Origin: Halomicronema hongdechloris C2206
GTDB taxonomy: Bacteria > Cyanobacteriota > Cyanobacteriia > Phormidesmidales > Phormidesmidaceae
NCBI RefSeq assembly: GCF_002075285.3
Contig: NZ_CP021983.2
Coordinates: 2,430,001 to 2,462,000 of the forward strand
Direction of reading: 5' to 3'
Length of the DNA: 32,000 nt
Each line of letters begins with the position of its first letter. Position 1 is the first letter of the stretch. A model generated the notes under the pieces. That model made no database searches, was not told the origin of the DNA, and saw only the letters and a list, made by a program, of their open reading frames with translations. This document shows, piece by piece, positions 1-8,110 of this stretch. A program made the translations under genes and the position numbers.

Positions 1-1065
1 GCTCCTGAAATCGCTCAGTTGACTCGGAATCGGTCCACTCTAGTGGCTGAAAATGAGCTTTACCGGTTGCAGCTGCAGGGAGTGGGATCCGGTGCTCCCC
101 TTACCGTCGAACAGCGACAACGGCTGAACACGTCCTTAGAACAGCTGGATTCGAGTCTCTCAGTAGTGGCCTTAGAGGCTGACCAGCTGAATCAACAGCT
201 GGTTCAAACTCGGGTGCAACTGGCCAACGCCCGCGAAGAGCTACGGGTGAACCAGGAGATCCTCGATCGGATTACTCCCCTGTTTAAGCAGGGGGCTGTG
301 GCTCAGATTCCCTATCTGCAGCAGCAGCAGCAGGTGAATAATCGCCAGGCCCAGGTGAATAGTTTAGTGGAAGAAGAAGAGCGGCTCCGTTATGCCATTG
401 CCCAGGCCCAGGAACGACTACGTAATACCTTGCTGCAGTCCCGTGAAGATCTCCAGACCCTGATTGCGGACAATGAATCTGCGATCGCAACTATCGACAG
501 CCAACTCAACAAAACCATCCTAGAGAACGAAAAACGCCTAGAGGAAATTGAGGGACAACTCACCCAATTAGAACAAACCCGGCGTTATCAACAGCTGCGG
601 GCTCCGGTCAGTGGGACGATCTTCAACCTGCAAGCCAATGAAGAAGGCTACGTCGTCAATTCCAGCGACCCCGTGCTGGAAATTGTGCCTAACGATACCC
701 TTGTAGCCCGGGTCTATATCACCAACCGCGACATCGGCTTCGTCAAACAACAGTTCGACCAACAGGACCAACTCAACGTAGATGTGCGTATAGATTCCTA
801 TCCCTTCAGTGAATTCGGCGACATCGATGGCACCCTGGTACACATCGGCTCCGATGCCCTGCCCCCCAACGACACCCATTCCTACTTCCGCTTCCCGGCG
901 GAAATCGAGTTATCCCAGCAGGCCCTCAGCCAAGAAGGGTACAGTCTCACCCTGCAGTCAGGCATGTCAGTCAGCGCCAATATTAAGCTGCGCAAGCGCC
1001 GGGTAATTACTATCCTCACCGACCTATTCGTGCGGAAAATCGATAGCTTGAAATCCGGTGGCTAG
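1..1065 (+). CDS. HlyD-family periplasmic adaptor / membrane-fusion protein of a type I secretion or efflux system; C-terminal part only, the 5' end lies left of the window
   Basis: Frame 1 is open from base 1; the track ORF 19..1065 merely starts at an internal TTG. A long Gln/Glu/Leu-rich coiled-coil segment is followed by LRAPVSGTIFNL and a beta-rich C-terminal part ending RRVITILTDLF, which is the usual HlyD layout. Confidence 0.75.
   Translation, partial: APEIAQLTRNRSTLVAENELYRLQLQGVGSGAPLTVEQRQRLNTSLEQLDSSLSVVALEADQLNQQLVQTRVQLANAREELRVNQEILDRITPLFKQGAVAQIPYLQQQQQVNNRQAQVNSLVEEEERLRYAIAQAQERLRNTLLQSREDLQTLIADNESAIATIDSQLNKTILENEKRLEEIEGQLTQLEQTRRYQQLRAPVSGTIFNLQANEEGYVVNSSDPVLEIVPNDTLVARVYITNRDIGFVKQQFDQQDQLNVDVRIDSYPFSEFGDIDGTLVHIGSDALPPNDTHSYFRFPAEIELSQQALSQEGYSLTLQSGMSVSANIKLRKRRVITILTDLFVRKIDSLKSGG
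481..488. repeat. HIP1 octamer GCGATCGC
   Basis: Exact palindromic octamer read at this position. Confidence 0.95.
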
Positions 1066-1239
1066 CCAAAGGGGAATGAGCCATTTCGAGCGGCACGACT
1101 CCCTGGGCTCAGGAGGGTGTAGCTTTACTCTACTATCACCCGGGATAATGCCGGGCATTTTCCAAGCTGAATTCTTACAGAACTTACCGCCTCGAGTCGG
1201 TATATTTAGGTGGAAAGACCCATTAAACTTAACGATCTC

Positions 1240-1968
1240 ATGGGAAAGACCTACCAACGGGTACTACTCAAATTGAGCGGTGAGGCCCTCATGGGCACCA
1301 TGTCCTATGGGATTGACGGCACCGTCGTTCAGACCATCGCCCAAGAGATAGCCGACGTCGTCAGAAGCGGCGTTCAGATTGCCATCGTCGTCGGCGGTGG
1401 CAATATTTTTCGCGGCATTAAGGGGGCAGCGGCGGGCATGGATCGGGCTACCGCCGATTACATCGGCATGATTGCCACCGTCATGAACGCCATGACCCTA
1501 CAAGATGCCTTAGAACAGATGGGAGTCCCGACCCGCGTCCAAACGGCTATCGCCATGCAGGAAGTGGCAGAACCCTATATTCGCCGTCGCGCCATTCGCC
1601 ATCTAGAAAAGAACCGGGTGGTTATATTTGGGGCTGGATCTGGCAACCCCTTCTTCACCACTGACACCACAGCGGCTCTGCGGGCGGCTGAAATCAATGC
1701 TGACGTGGTCTTTAAGGCGACCCAGGTGGATGGCGTCTACGACTGCGATCCGAAACTCAATCCCGATGCCAAACGCTATCAAAGCCTAACCTATAGCCAT
1801 GTGCTAGCCCATGATCTTAAGGTAATGGATAGTACTGCGATCGCATTATGCAAAGATAACAACATCCCGATCATGGTATTTGACCTATCTAGGCGCGGTA
1901 ACATTCACCGAGCCGTGGTAGGAGAGTCCATTGGCACAATTGTGGGGGATTCCTGTGAAGTTCGATAG
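1240..1968 (+). CDS. pyrH: UMP kinase
   Basis: Motifs [21 protein letters not shown] and [12 protein letters not shown] are typical of PyrH. The ATG at 1240 gives the conserved N-terminus [11 protein letters not shown]; the track ORF starts at an upstream GTG at 1210. Followed by frr, the conserved gene pair. Confidence 0.93.
   Translation: MGKTYQRVLLKLSGEALMGTMSYGIDGTVVQTIAQEIADVVRSGVQIAIVVGGGNIFRGIKGAAAGMDRATADYIGMIATVMNAMTLQDALEQMGVPTRVQTAIAMQEVAEPYIRRRAIRHLEKNRVVIFGAGSGNPFFTTDTTAALRAAEINADVVFKATQVDGVYDCDPKLNPDAKRYQSLTYSHVLAHDLKVMDSTAIALCKDNNIPIMVFDLSRRGNIHRAVVGESIGTIVGDSCEVR
1837..1844. repeat. HIP1 octamer GCGATCGC
   Basis: Exact palindromic octamer read at this position. Confidence 0.95.
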
Positions 1969-2512
1969 CATCGATGAAATCGAAGAGGCAATGCAGAAGG
2001 CCGTTGAGGCCACTCAGCGAGCATTTAATACCATTCGCACCGGTCGTGCCAACGCCGCCCTTTTAGACAAGGTCATGGTGGAATACTATGGCACACCGAC
2101 ACCGCTCAAATCTTTAGCTAATATCAGCACACCCGATGCCAGCACCCTAATGATTCAACCCTATGACCCAGGGTCGCTATCTACCATCGAGAAATCCATC
2201 TCTCTCTCAGACATCGGGCTAACCCCGAACAACGACGGGTCTATTATCCGACTCAATATTCCACCGCTCACCAGTGAGCGCCGTCAGGAATTTGTAAAGT
2301 TAGCCGGTAAATACGCCGAAGAAGGACGCGTCTCCATCCGGAATATCCGCCGAGATGGTATCGACTTCGTACGCAAACAAGAAAAAGATGGCACCCTCTC
2401 TGAAGACGAGTCTCGCAGTCTTCAAGATGACGTTCAGCAGCTCACCGACAAGTACGTCGCCAAGATCGACGCTGCCCTAGAAGACAAAGAAAAGGACATC
2501 ATGACCGTCTAA
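1955..2512 (+). CDS. frr: ribosome recycling factor
   Basis: [34 protein letters not shown] and [14 protein letters not shown] are classic RRF motifs. The start is ambiguous: GTG at 1955 fits the usual RRF length and overlaps the pyrH stop by 14 nt; TTG at 1931 is the longest ORF. Confidence 0.9.
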   Translation: MKFDSIDEIEEAMQKAVEATQRAFNTIRTGRANAALLDKVMVEYYGTPTPLKSLANISTPDASTLMIQPYDPGSLSTIEKSISLSDIGLTPNNDGSIIRLNIPPLTSERRQEFVKLAGKYAEEGRVSIRNIRRDGIDFVRKQEKDGTLSEDESRSLQDDVQQLTDKYVAKIDAALEDKEKDIMTV

Positions 2513-2579
2513 GCCATATTCCAGGGGGATCATTTCCCTCTGGCTCCCCCTGGGAACATTACCCATTCAGTGTAAACTC

Positions 2580-5500
2580 CTAGGAATCCTCCAGATCATC
2601 TACCGCTACCGGCAACTTCAAGGTCCCTACCTGGTGCAATCCAGAAGCCTGCTCCGGAATCACAAACTCTGTGACGCCTCCCTCTAAGCCAAACACTCTC
2701 ACCGCATAGCGACCCGGCTTAAAGCCAAATAATGCGAATCGCCCTACCCGGTTGGTAAAGAGCTCAACATCAGGCCAGTCAGGATCTGAGAGGGATTCAA
2801 TGACGCCCCGCTGCAACGATACTGGGTTGCCATTTGCTCCCACCAAGACACCGCGAATAAAGACCGTTGCCTCGGTGCCAGCGGTAATTACTGTACCGCT
2901 ACGGTAAGAGGGCAACAGGGTATAGCTACTCTCGCCGAGATCATAGCCAACCGGTAAATCTGGCGCATCCAAGGACAACGTAGTCAAGCTGTAGGGTTGA
3001 ATCGGGACAACTGCCGGACCAATGCCATCGGCTCGTCCTTGTTCTCCCGTAACACTGGGATTGACTCTAATCAGCTGATCGTCGGCTGTGCCCTGACGAG
3101 TGACGATGGCAAAGCTGTTATCGATGGGTCGAGACCAGCCAATAATGCCATCAGCCATGACAAAAGCAGTTCCCCAGGTTAAGCGAGACGTGGTTTCCAG
3201 GGGACGATTTGCCACTCCTCGCGGCATGGCCACCGTATTATCTAGAGTCAATGAGGCTCGGTAGCCTGAATATCGAGTCTGACTCGTGATTCCAATGTCA
3301 CTGGCATTGAGAACAGTTCCCAGAGAAGTACTGATGCCATCCAGGGAGCGGGGAGAACTGTAGTTCCAGTTCAGGCGGCTGGTGGGGACTCCAGCCTGAT
3401 CCAATGTGGTCGTGCTGGTGATGGTTTGCCGTTGTCGCGGTAAGGACGCCGTCAGACCAATATTCACCTGCTGAATCCGGTCACCATTTCTATCCATGCC
3501 ATAGCTGCCATTGAGGGTGAGATTCAGGCCCCGTCCCAGGGGTTTGGCTAACACCAGTCTAATGTCATAGGCATCGGACGCATCGTCGCGATTGAGCTGA
3601 TATTGACCACTGAGGGTAGCTCGCACATCCCCCAGAATCAACTGGCTGTAGGCGGCAGTCATATCTAGGCGATTGGGATTAGATGGAGTTTCGGTGCCAA
3701 TGGTGATGAAATCTCCGCCTCGATACTCCAGCCCTAGCCGCAGAGTGCGTTGATCGGTACTGGACGCACCTCGCCGTAGCAAGTCATAGAAGACCCGCAT
3801 GGCCACATCCCAGCCAAAGGTGTTGTGGCGACTGGCGGCGGCATCCCAGGTCCAATTACCGATTGCCGTGGCCCAGGTCCCCTCCAGGCCAAGCAACTGT
3901 TGTTCCAAGTCTCCTTGGAAATACCCGCCAAGGGTCAACTTGTCGGTTGCCCCGACACGATGGGATAGGGTAAGCACCGATTTGCTAGCGTCGTAGCGCC
4001 GACTCACCCCCACCTGCTCTGACGGCATCCCTAGACTATAGGCAAACTGTTGGACTCCTGGTGCCAGTAAGCCCCCAGACACGCCAGTAGCGAAGTCGAG
4101 CCGCTGCACCTGGCCGACATCATCAGTAATCACAAGTTGAACATCGTTAATCCCGGCATTCAGGGGCAGGTTACGCACATCCTGGGGACCTGCATCCAGG
4201 CGTAGCGTCTGTACCAGTCGACCATTGACGAAGGCCTCGATAGTGGCCGGGCGTTCCAGGAAAAACTCAAAGCGACTAATGGGGCGCGTGACGCGAAAGG
4301 GCTGCAAGGAAAAATTACGAGCTACGGTAATTCCTCCCATAGGAATGCTGCTTTGGTAGCCCCGCGTGGGCAAAGACAAATCACCAAGGCGATAGCGAAT
4401 GGCTTGGGAAATATCATCGTGAACCAAGCTGAGATTGCCGCGTCGCCAGGCAGGGCTGCCATCTTCGGTGAAATCGATCTGGCCCTCTAAAACCCAACCC
4501 GCAACGTTGAGGGCACCATCGAAATTCAACAGCAACGGTTCTCGTCCTGTCTCATCAGCATTCCCGGTCCAAACCATGGTTTGGCCGCCCCGCACATTGA
4601 CATAGGCACTGGTATGGCTGGGGCGCAGTGCCGTCTCGTAGCCAGGCGGTAAATCGCGGTCATCGACATCCAATATATTCGTGGCCCGCAGGGCGGCGGG
4701 TATTTGGATCTGCAGCTCTAAGCGGCGATCGTCAAAGGTCACCTCTAAGCCAACTTGGCGAATATCACGCAAGTTAATCTGGCCTGCGCCATTCACAGCT
4801 ACCGATAGCTGAGCCTGAATATCGGGCCGTACCAACGCTTCAGTAGCCGTTAGTAAGTCGCTGCCATCCACTAAAATATCGGCCTGATTGCCCCCAGGTA
4901 GTTGCAGAAAGATCTGCCCCCGTTGCTGATCATTGATGAAGAGGGGAACTATTACTTGTTGGGGACCGCGATTGCGAGGGGTACCAAAGACGTCTTCAAA
5001 GAGTTGATCGGTCTCGTTCTCTGGCTCAGGAGAGTCGGCAGGATTGGTAGCGGGTGCGTCGGCTGGAGAAGGGTCAGCAGACTCTGCGTCTTCAGCAGGG
5101 GGAGTCTCCTCTGAGGCTGGATTCTGCTCAGTGGGAGCTGTAGGGGGTAATGAGGTGTCTGCAGTGTCAGCCAGAGAAGGCGACGTTACAGGTGTTGAGA
5201 CCTGCCTATTGATATCCGAGAAAGCTCCGCTAGATGACGCAGCAGAGCGCGATATCTCAGATGGGGAGAACTCTGGGTTGATAGTTGTTCGGGTGCTCAG
5301 GGGGGGGGAAGTTGTGATGTCGTCGTTAGTATTTTCGGTGGAAGGGACCTCGGTAAGCGCAACCTCGCCCATGGCAGTCTTGGCTTGATCATCGGACTCA
5401 GCCGATGTTGCTGGCGCTGCTGCCGCTTGAGCCCCTGGGGAGCTAGTGATGCGCAATGGTGTGCGCACTCCTACGGTGCCTTGCAGATCGGTGGCTTGGG

Positions 5501-5783
5501 TACTGTCGATGGAGCCACGGGCAAATGCAGGCCCTGGTGTTGCTCTCTCGGGCGACGCCACCGGGAATTGGCTGGCTAGGGTTGGAGATGCTTGATGAGA
5601 TGCTCTTGCCCTAGAGAAGGCAGGACTTTGCTCTGATTGCTCCGGTTCGGATGCTCCAGAAGATGTTTCACAGGAATTGTCCATCTCCTTGGGGTCTACC
5701 TGGGCCGGTGGGGAGTCTATAGGGGGTGGCTCTTGGGGTGGTGCGATCGCACCCTCACAGGCTATGGAAATCATGGGTAGCAT
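2580..5783 (-). CDS. outer-membrane fimbrial usher-like protein with a long disordered N-terminal extension
   Basis: The C-terminal ~790 aa are rich in beta-strand-like sequence. They end with GRADGIGPAVVPIQPYSLTTLSLDAPDLPVGYDLGESSYTLLPSYRSGTVITAG...NGNPVSLQRG...NRVGRFALFGFKPGRY, which matches the conserved usher plug/C-terminal-domain pattern (G.avVP.l.pY..n.i.ld...LP..vel......P..Ga). The gene lies directly downstream of a PapD-like chaperone gene. A GGAGGG Shine-Dalgarno sits 6 nt before the ATG at 5783; the track ORF begins at TTG 5801. Confidence 0.8.
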   Translation of the reverse strand: MLPMISIACEGAIAPPQEPPPIDSPPAQVDPKEMDNSCETSSGASEPEQSEQSPAFSRARASHQASPTLASQFPVASPERATPGPAFARGSIDSTQATDLQGTVGVRTPLRITSSPGAQAAAAPATSAESDDQAKTAMGEVALTEVPSTENTNDDITTSPPLSTRTTINPEFSPSEISRSAASSSGAFSDINRQVSTPVTSPSLADTADTSLPPTAPTEQNPASEETPPAEDAESADPSPADAPATNPADSPEPENETDQLFEDVFGTPRNRGPQQVIVPLFINDQQRGQIFLQLPGGNQADILVDGSDLLTATEALVRPDIQAQLSVAVNGAGQINLRDIRQVGLEVTFDDRRLELQIQIPAALRATNILDVDDRDLPPGYETALRPSHTSAYVNVRGGQTMVWTGNADETGREPLLLNFDGALNVAGWVLEGQIDFTEDGSPAWRRGNLSLVHDDISQAIRYRLGDLSLPTRGYQSSIPMGGITVARNFSLQPFRVTRPISRFEFFLERPATIEAFVNGRLVQTLRLDAGPQDVRNLPLNAGINDVQLVITDDVGQVQRLDFATGVSGGLLAPGVQQFAYSLGMPSEQVGVSRRYDASKSVLTLSHRVGATDKLTLGGYFQGDLEQQLLGLEGTWATAIGNWTWDAAASRHNTFGWDVAMRVFYDLLRRGASSTDQRTLRLGLEYRGGDFITIGTETPSNPNRLDMTAAYSQLILGDVRATLSGQYQLNRDDASDAYDIRLVLAKPLGRGLNLTLNGSYGMDRNGDRIQQVNIGLTASLPRQRQTITSTTTLDQAGVPTSRLNWNYSSPRSLDGISTSLGTVLNASDIGITSQTRYSGYRASLTLDNTVAMPRGVANRPLETTSRLTWGTAFVMADGIIGWSRPIDNSFAIVTRQGTADDQLIRVNPSVTGEQGRADGIGPAVVPIQPYSLTTLSLDAPDLPVGYDLGESSYTLLPSYRSGTVITAGTEATVFIRGVLVGANGNPVSLQRGVIESLSDPDWPDVELFTNRVGRFALFGFKPGRYAVRVFGLEGGVTEFVIPEQASGLHQVGTLKLPVAVDDLEDS
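5743..5750. repeat. HIP1 octamer GCGATCGC
   Basis: Exact palindromic octamer read at this position, at the extreme 5' end of the usher ORF. Confidence 0.95.
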
Positions 5784-5953
5784 GCAAATCCCTCCAACCA
5801 ACCGATCAGGATCTAGGCTGGTTTAGCTGGCAAGACTTGGGGGCTACTTAGTGCATTCCAGCTTCAGTCCCCCAAGCCCGGTAAACGTCATCATCATTGT
5901 TACAACTCGTCATGGGCGTGAACCAGGCATTCACTGCCTGCCCTGGTCCCTGA

Positions 5954-6712
5954 CTACTCGTCCTCCTGACGATACTCGATCGTGGCCGTGATCTCACCAT
6001 TGGCTAAATTCGTAGGCCGTGGCATCACAAAGCGACGCTGATGACCGGGCAAGACGATCTGGCCAGCCATACCGTCCAGTTGGTCTGGACCTAAATTGAG
6101 CGTTGTTCCTTGGGCGGTTAAGCTTACCTGTAAGTCTCGCAGGCGGGCACTGGCTGTGCCCTGATTCGCCAGGGTAATCGCCACCTGGGCCTCGCCCTCA
6201 GAACCGGTGATCGCCTCAACAGAGGCGACCTGAACATCTGGCGCTACATCCGCTGGGCGCACATAGAGAGAGCCTAAGTAACGCAGCAAAATCTGCACCG
6301 ATCCCACTGGTCGCGTCACCTGGGCATCTGGATCAGCCAAGTTAATTGGCAATTGTTCGGCAACCAGACGATAGGTTAACTCTTGGGATGGGTCTGGATC
6401 CCCTAACCAGGTCACTCGCACAGTCTGGACTGATTGTGGCTCCAGAATCATTTGAGGTGGATAAACCAGAAAGTCCTCGTCAGCTGGTTCATAGGACTCT
6501 TGACCATCGATATCCATGTTGCGCTCCACCACCGACACTTCTACGGCGATGCGCTCGTCGCTATCATTCACGACTTCATAAGACTTCGTGGCCCCTTCCC
6601 CAATGGGAGCAAATACCTGGGAAATTGGCTTCAGCTGAAACGCCAGGGCAGGATTAATACTGGCTACTGCCAAGAATAGTAATGCTGCCAATGCCTGGAA
6701 TACCCATTTCAT
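5954..6712 (-). CDS. PapD-like periplasmic pilus chaperone
   Basis: The ATG at 6712 gives a clean signal peptide, MKWVFQALAALLFLAVASINPALA/FQLKP. The mature part shows the chaperone pattern: F.l.P....f.......sy.v.N.sd..i.v.v.v, then LVYPPQMILEPQSVQTVRV and ELTYRLVAEQLP. A second beta domain follows. GAGG Shine-Dalgarno 8 nt upstream. The 34 codons upstream in the track ORF look non-coding. Confidence 0.8.
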   Translation of the reverse strand: MKWVFQALAALLFLAVASINPALAFQLKPISQVFAPIGEGATKSYEVVNDSDERIAVEVSVVERNMDIDGQESYEPADEDFLVYPPQMILEPQSVQTVRVTWLGDPDPSQELTYRLVAEQLPINLADPDAQVTRPVGSVQILLRYLGSLYVRPADVAPDVQVASVEAITGSEGEAQVAITLANQGTASARLRDLQVSLTAQGTTLNLGPDQLDGMAGQIVLPGHQRRFVMPRPTNLANGEITATIEYRQEDE

Positions 6713-6860
6713 AGGACTAACCTCATCAGAGTTGGAACAAGATATCGAACTGGTTGTTAATAGGTTGCCCACTATTCGCTTGAGCAGCACATCAACCACA
6801 CTAATAATTGTCAAGAGATGGACAAGAAATTAGGGCTGCAGCGGGACACAACGATAGCGC

Positions 6861-7307
6861 TTAATTGTCAAAGACCGACACATCAATGATGCCGCTGTAA
6901 TCTCCAGGATCTTGTAACGCCGACGGGGTGTATAAGATATAGAGATCTCGGGCTTCACTACCCGCCGCACTGGTCACGTAGGTGTAGGCCGATCCAGAGG
7001 GAACCGTAAAGTCTGCTTCCGCAGGGGCTGACGCATCATTAGGTACTGTTACAACCTGGAATTCGATATCTTCCCCAGCTAGTTTGGTGATTGCGCCCGA
7101 TGTGACCTGCAGGGTTAAGCCTAAGGTATTATCAGTCGAGAAGGATAGATCTGCCACCTTGACAATATGGGTGGTGGCAGTGCCCTCTCCATCTAAATCA
7201 AGACTACTGGCAGTGGTCGTTGAGCTGGTGCTGAGAGTGGGGAGTGCTGCGGCTGGAGATGCGATTGAGAGTAGGAGAATAGTACTCCAAATTCCGTTGA
7301 GTTTCAT
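6861..7307 (-). CDS. secreted pilin-like subunit (paralog of 8111..8602), presumed chaperone-usher substrate
   Basis: Signal peptide MKLNGIWSTILLLSIASPAAA. About 125 mature aa, Ser/Thr/Ala-rich, no Cys. Shares LxLxGEGTA, VADL, ARDLYIxY and DPGxYxxxIxVxVxDN-stop with the 8111..8602 product. GGGAGG lies 8 nt before the ATG at 7307; the ATG at 7313 is too close to it. Confidence 0.6.
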   Translation of the reverse strand: MKLNGIWSTILLLSIASPAAALPTLSTSSTTTASSLDLDGEGTATTHIVKVADLSFSTDNTLGLTLQVTSGAITKLAGEDIEFQVVTVPNDASAPAEADFTVPSGSAYTYVTSAAGSEARDLYILYTPSALQDPGDYSGIIDVSVFDN

Positions 7308-7343
7308 GGGCATGACCTCCCAATTGGCAATGCTGGCTGACTA

Positions 7344-7892
7344 CTATGGACTATCTCCTGTAATCGTCAGGGCAATTTTAGTGTGATAATTTTCATGGGG
7401 CGAAAAATCAGCCGGATTATAGCGAACGTAGACAGCATTAGTTGCTAAATTGATACCGACTATGTAGGGCACACGCTGACCGGATGAGGATTCAAAGTAA
7501 TGATCGGTAGACGACAGACTAATTTTTTGAGCCACTCCCGTATTACTGAATACACCGAGTTGAAATACTTTGCGAACTACAGTGTATTCGCTAGTCACGG
7601 TTGGGCTAGTACTTGTTGCGGTCTGGTGGCTACTAGAATCTTCCCACACGATGCTAGCGGCTTCGTCCTCTGAAACATCACTGGCTGACAGTAAATCAAT
7701 ATTGTTTCGACCATCTGACTCAACGGTGACACTCAAGATTGATTGGACAGTTCCCTGCAATCGAATGCGATTAGATCGATCCTTTAAACTCAAGCGAGAA
7801 TCAATCGGTTTTGCCTCAACCGGAATAAACGCCAGCACTATAACCAGTAGCCCCAGAGTAACCAGATGATAGGGATGACACCGAATAGCCAT
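7344..7892 (-). CDS. divergent secreted subunit (minor pilin or tip/adaptor candidate)
   Basis: The ATG at 7892 gives a hydrophobic leader, MAIRCHPYHLVTLGLLVIVLAFIPVEA. There is weak positional resemblance to the two flanking pilin-like proteins: VFSNTGVAQKISLSS vs LSFSTDNTLGLTLQV, YVRYNP vs YILYTP, and C-terminal YHTKIALTITG vs DYSGIIDVSVF. Located between the two pilin paralogs on the same strand. Confidence 0.45.
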   Translation of the reverse strand: MAIRCHPYHLVTLGLLVIVLAFIPVEAKPIDSRLSLKDRSNRIRLQGTVQSILSVTVESDGRNNIDLLSASDVSEDEAASIVWEDSSSHQTATSTSPTVTSEYTVVRKVFQLGVFSNTGVAQKISLSSTDHYFESSSGQRVPYIVGINLATNAVYVRYNPADFSPHENYHTKIALTITGDSP

Positions 7893-8024
7893 CTGGAGAT
7901 CCTCTGCAATGACATGGCACACCCGTTAATCGTGATGATCTATTTTCTTGGTAGAAAAATATATCCTGATAACAACGGTTTTAGTGTCTGACCAAGTCAG
8001 CGATAGTTGCTTGTAGATCAGGAT

Positions 8025-8056
8025 AAAAAGAGGGGTGGACGTTCATGACCACCCCT
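8025..8056 (-). terminator. Rho-independent terminator/attenuator candidate downstream of the first pilin gene
   Basis: The minus strand reads AGGGGTGG-TCATGAACGT-CCACCCCT followed by CTTTTTATCC. That is a perfect 8-bp GC-rich stem (8031..8038 / 8049..8056), a 10-nt loop and a U5 tract, 55 nt after the stop at 8111. Confidence 0.55.
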
Positions 8057-8110
8057 ACAATTCCTCAACTATCGTTTCGAGTCAGACACAGGGTTGCAGG
8101 GGGCTCTTGC

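Noticed and set aside
1139-1161. CCCGG-gataatg-CCGGG followed by CATTTT after the HlyD-family gene
   Set aside because: Only a 5-bp stem, which makes it energetically marginal. The CCCGGG core is itself palindromic. Too weak to annotate as a terminator.
2521-2553. 9-bp inverted repeat CCAGGGGGA ... TCCCCCTGG with a 15-nt loop between the convergent frr and usher genes
   Set aside because: Plausible as a bidirectional transcript-end hairpin, but neither strand has a U tract after the stem, so I cannot call it an intrinsic terminator.
7985-8088. 8-nt inverted repeat TGTCTGAC / GTCAGACA flanking the terminator hairpin between subunit genes A and B (MITE-like?)
   Set aside because: An 8-mer match within about 200 nt is reasonably likely by chance. 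There are no target-site duplication or further terminal similarity, and the segment is only 104 bp.
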